Assembly: GCA_963740315.1 (NCBI GenBank) | Contig: CAVUDP010000001.1 | Coordinates: 416,001 to 480,000 of the forward strand | Source of the DNA: an uncultured cyanobacterium | GTDB taxonomy: Bacteria; Cyanobacteriota; Cyanobacteriia; Cyanobacteriales; Nostocaceae | DNA length: 64,000 nt | Reading direction: 5' to 3' | Notes under the pieces: model-generated | The model's database searches: none | What the model saw: only the letters and a program-made list of their open reading frames with translations | What the model was told of the DNA's origin: nothing | Translations under genes and position numbers: made by a program | Part shown: in pieces, positions 63,409 through 64,000 of the stretch | Numbering within the stretch: the first letter of the stretch is position 1 | How the letters are laid out: the number at the start of each line of letters is the position of its first letter

Positions 63409-63678
63409 ATGAATATTCAACTCAAACCGGAACACGAGCAATTTATTCAAGCACAAATGGCTACAGGGAAATATAAAAATCCCGAAGAAGTTGTTGACAT
63501 AGCATTTCGACTGTTAGAAAAATTAAATACTGAATATTCTCAATGGATAGAAGAAACCCGTCAAAAAGTTGATGTTGCTATTGCAGAATTAGAACGTGGT
63601 GAAGGTTTGGATGGTGAAACTGTAGTGATGGAAATATTAGAAAGATTTCAAAAAGCACGGGAATACAGGAATGAGTAA
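63409..63678 (+). CDS. parD: ParD-like antitoxin
   Basis: MNIQL.PE.EQFI......GKY....EVV..A.RLL; AELERGEGLDG. Confidence 0.85.
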   Translation: MNIQLKPEHEQFIQAQMATGKYKNPEEVVDIAFRLLEKLNTEYSQWIEETRQKVDVAIAELERGEGLDGETVVMEILERFQKAREYRNE

Positions 63679-63961
63679 TTATATCATTTCACCTTCTGCA
63701 ACTAGAGATTTAAATCAAATTGCTGATTATTTTCTTGTACGAAATCTTGAAGCAGGAGAAAAATTATTTAAAGAGTTTAATAGAAAGTGCCATAATTTAG
63801 CGAATTTCCCTGAAATGGGACGCAGTTATGCTTATATAAAACCTTCATTGCGTGGATTACCGTTAGATGGATATATCATTATTTACCAAGTGATTGAGGA
63901 TGGAGTGGAAATCTTGCGAGTAGTTAGTGGTCGTCAAGATTTAGAATCTTTATTCACATAA
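63671..63961 (+). CDS. parE: ParE/RelE-family toxin
   Basis: SPSA.RDL..I.DY, LA.FP.MGR, YIIIY...VEILRVVSGRQD. Confidence 0.9.
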   Translation: MSNYIISPSATRDLNQIADYFLVRNLEAGEKLFKEFNRKCHNLANFPEMGRSYAYIKPSLRGLPLDGYIIIYQVIEDGVEILRVVSGRQDLESLFT

Positions 63962-64000
63962 TACAATTGTTATCGCTTTCAAAATTACGAAGTAGACAGC

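Larger units (their letters stand above)
62609..63528 (+). repeat. ~170-bp direct repeat (62609-62777 and 63360-63528)
   Basis: Both copies start AAGTTGCTGGAGTTAGAATAATGGTA and run through the first ~40 antitoxin codons. Confidence 0.92.

Overview
AT-rich chromosomal segment of a cyanobacterium. HIP1 octamers (GCGATCGC) and heptamer tandem repeats are abundant, and gene content suggests a heterocyst-forming Nostocales strain such as Rivularia/Calothrix (inference). Core genes include tamB, murQ, rlmB, Mini-III, a STAS protein, carA, ftsW and an Fe-S photolyase. The centrepiece is a co-oriented signalling locus of about 14 kb (25642-39810). In it, a V4R - Roadblock/MglB - MglA-like GTPase - DUF4388/PATAN module lies directly upstream of a PatA-CheY-CheW-cyanobacteriochrome MCP-CheA phototaxis-type operon. 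Between the MCP and CheA sits a four-helix-bundle gene bracketed by inverted heptamer arrays. Accessory features are a PD-(D/E)xK + NYN fusion next to an Rpn-like gene with a possible internal start, a candidate ~130-nt sRNA, an ArsR-SRPBCC operon with paired operators, two tandem toxin-antitoxin pairs sharing a duplicated antitoxin N-terminus, and many REP/MITE-like repeats. The first ~8 kb has many frameshifts that may be sequencing errors. No rRNA, tRNA, CRISPR array, transposase or integrase was seen. All calls come from reading motifs by eye; no database search was run.
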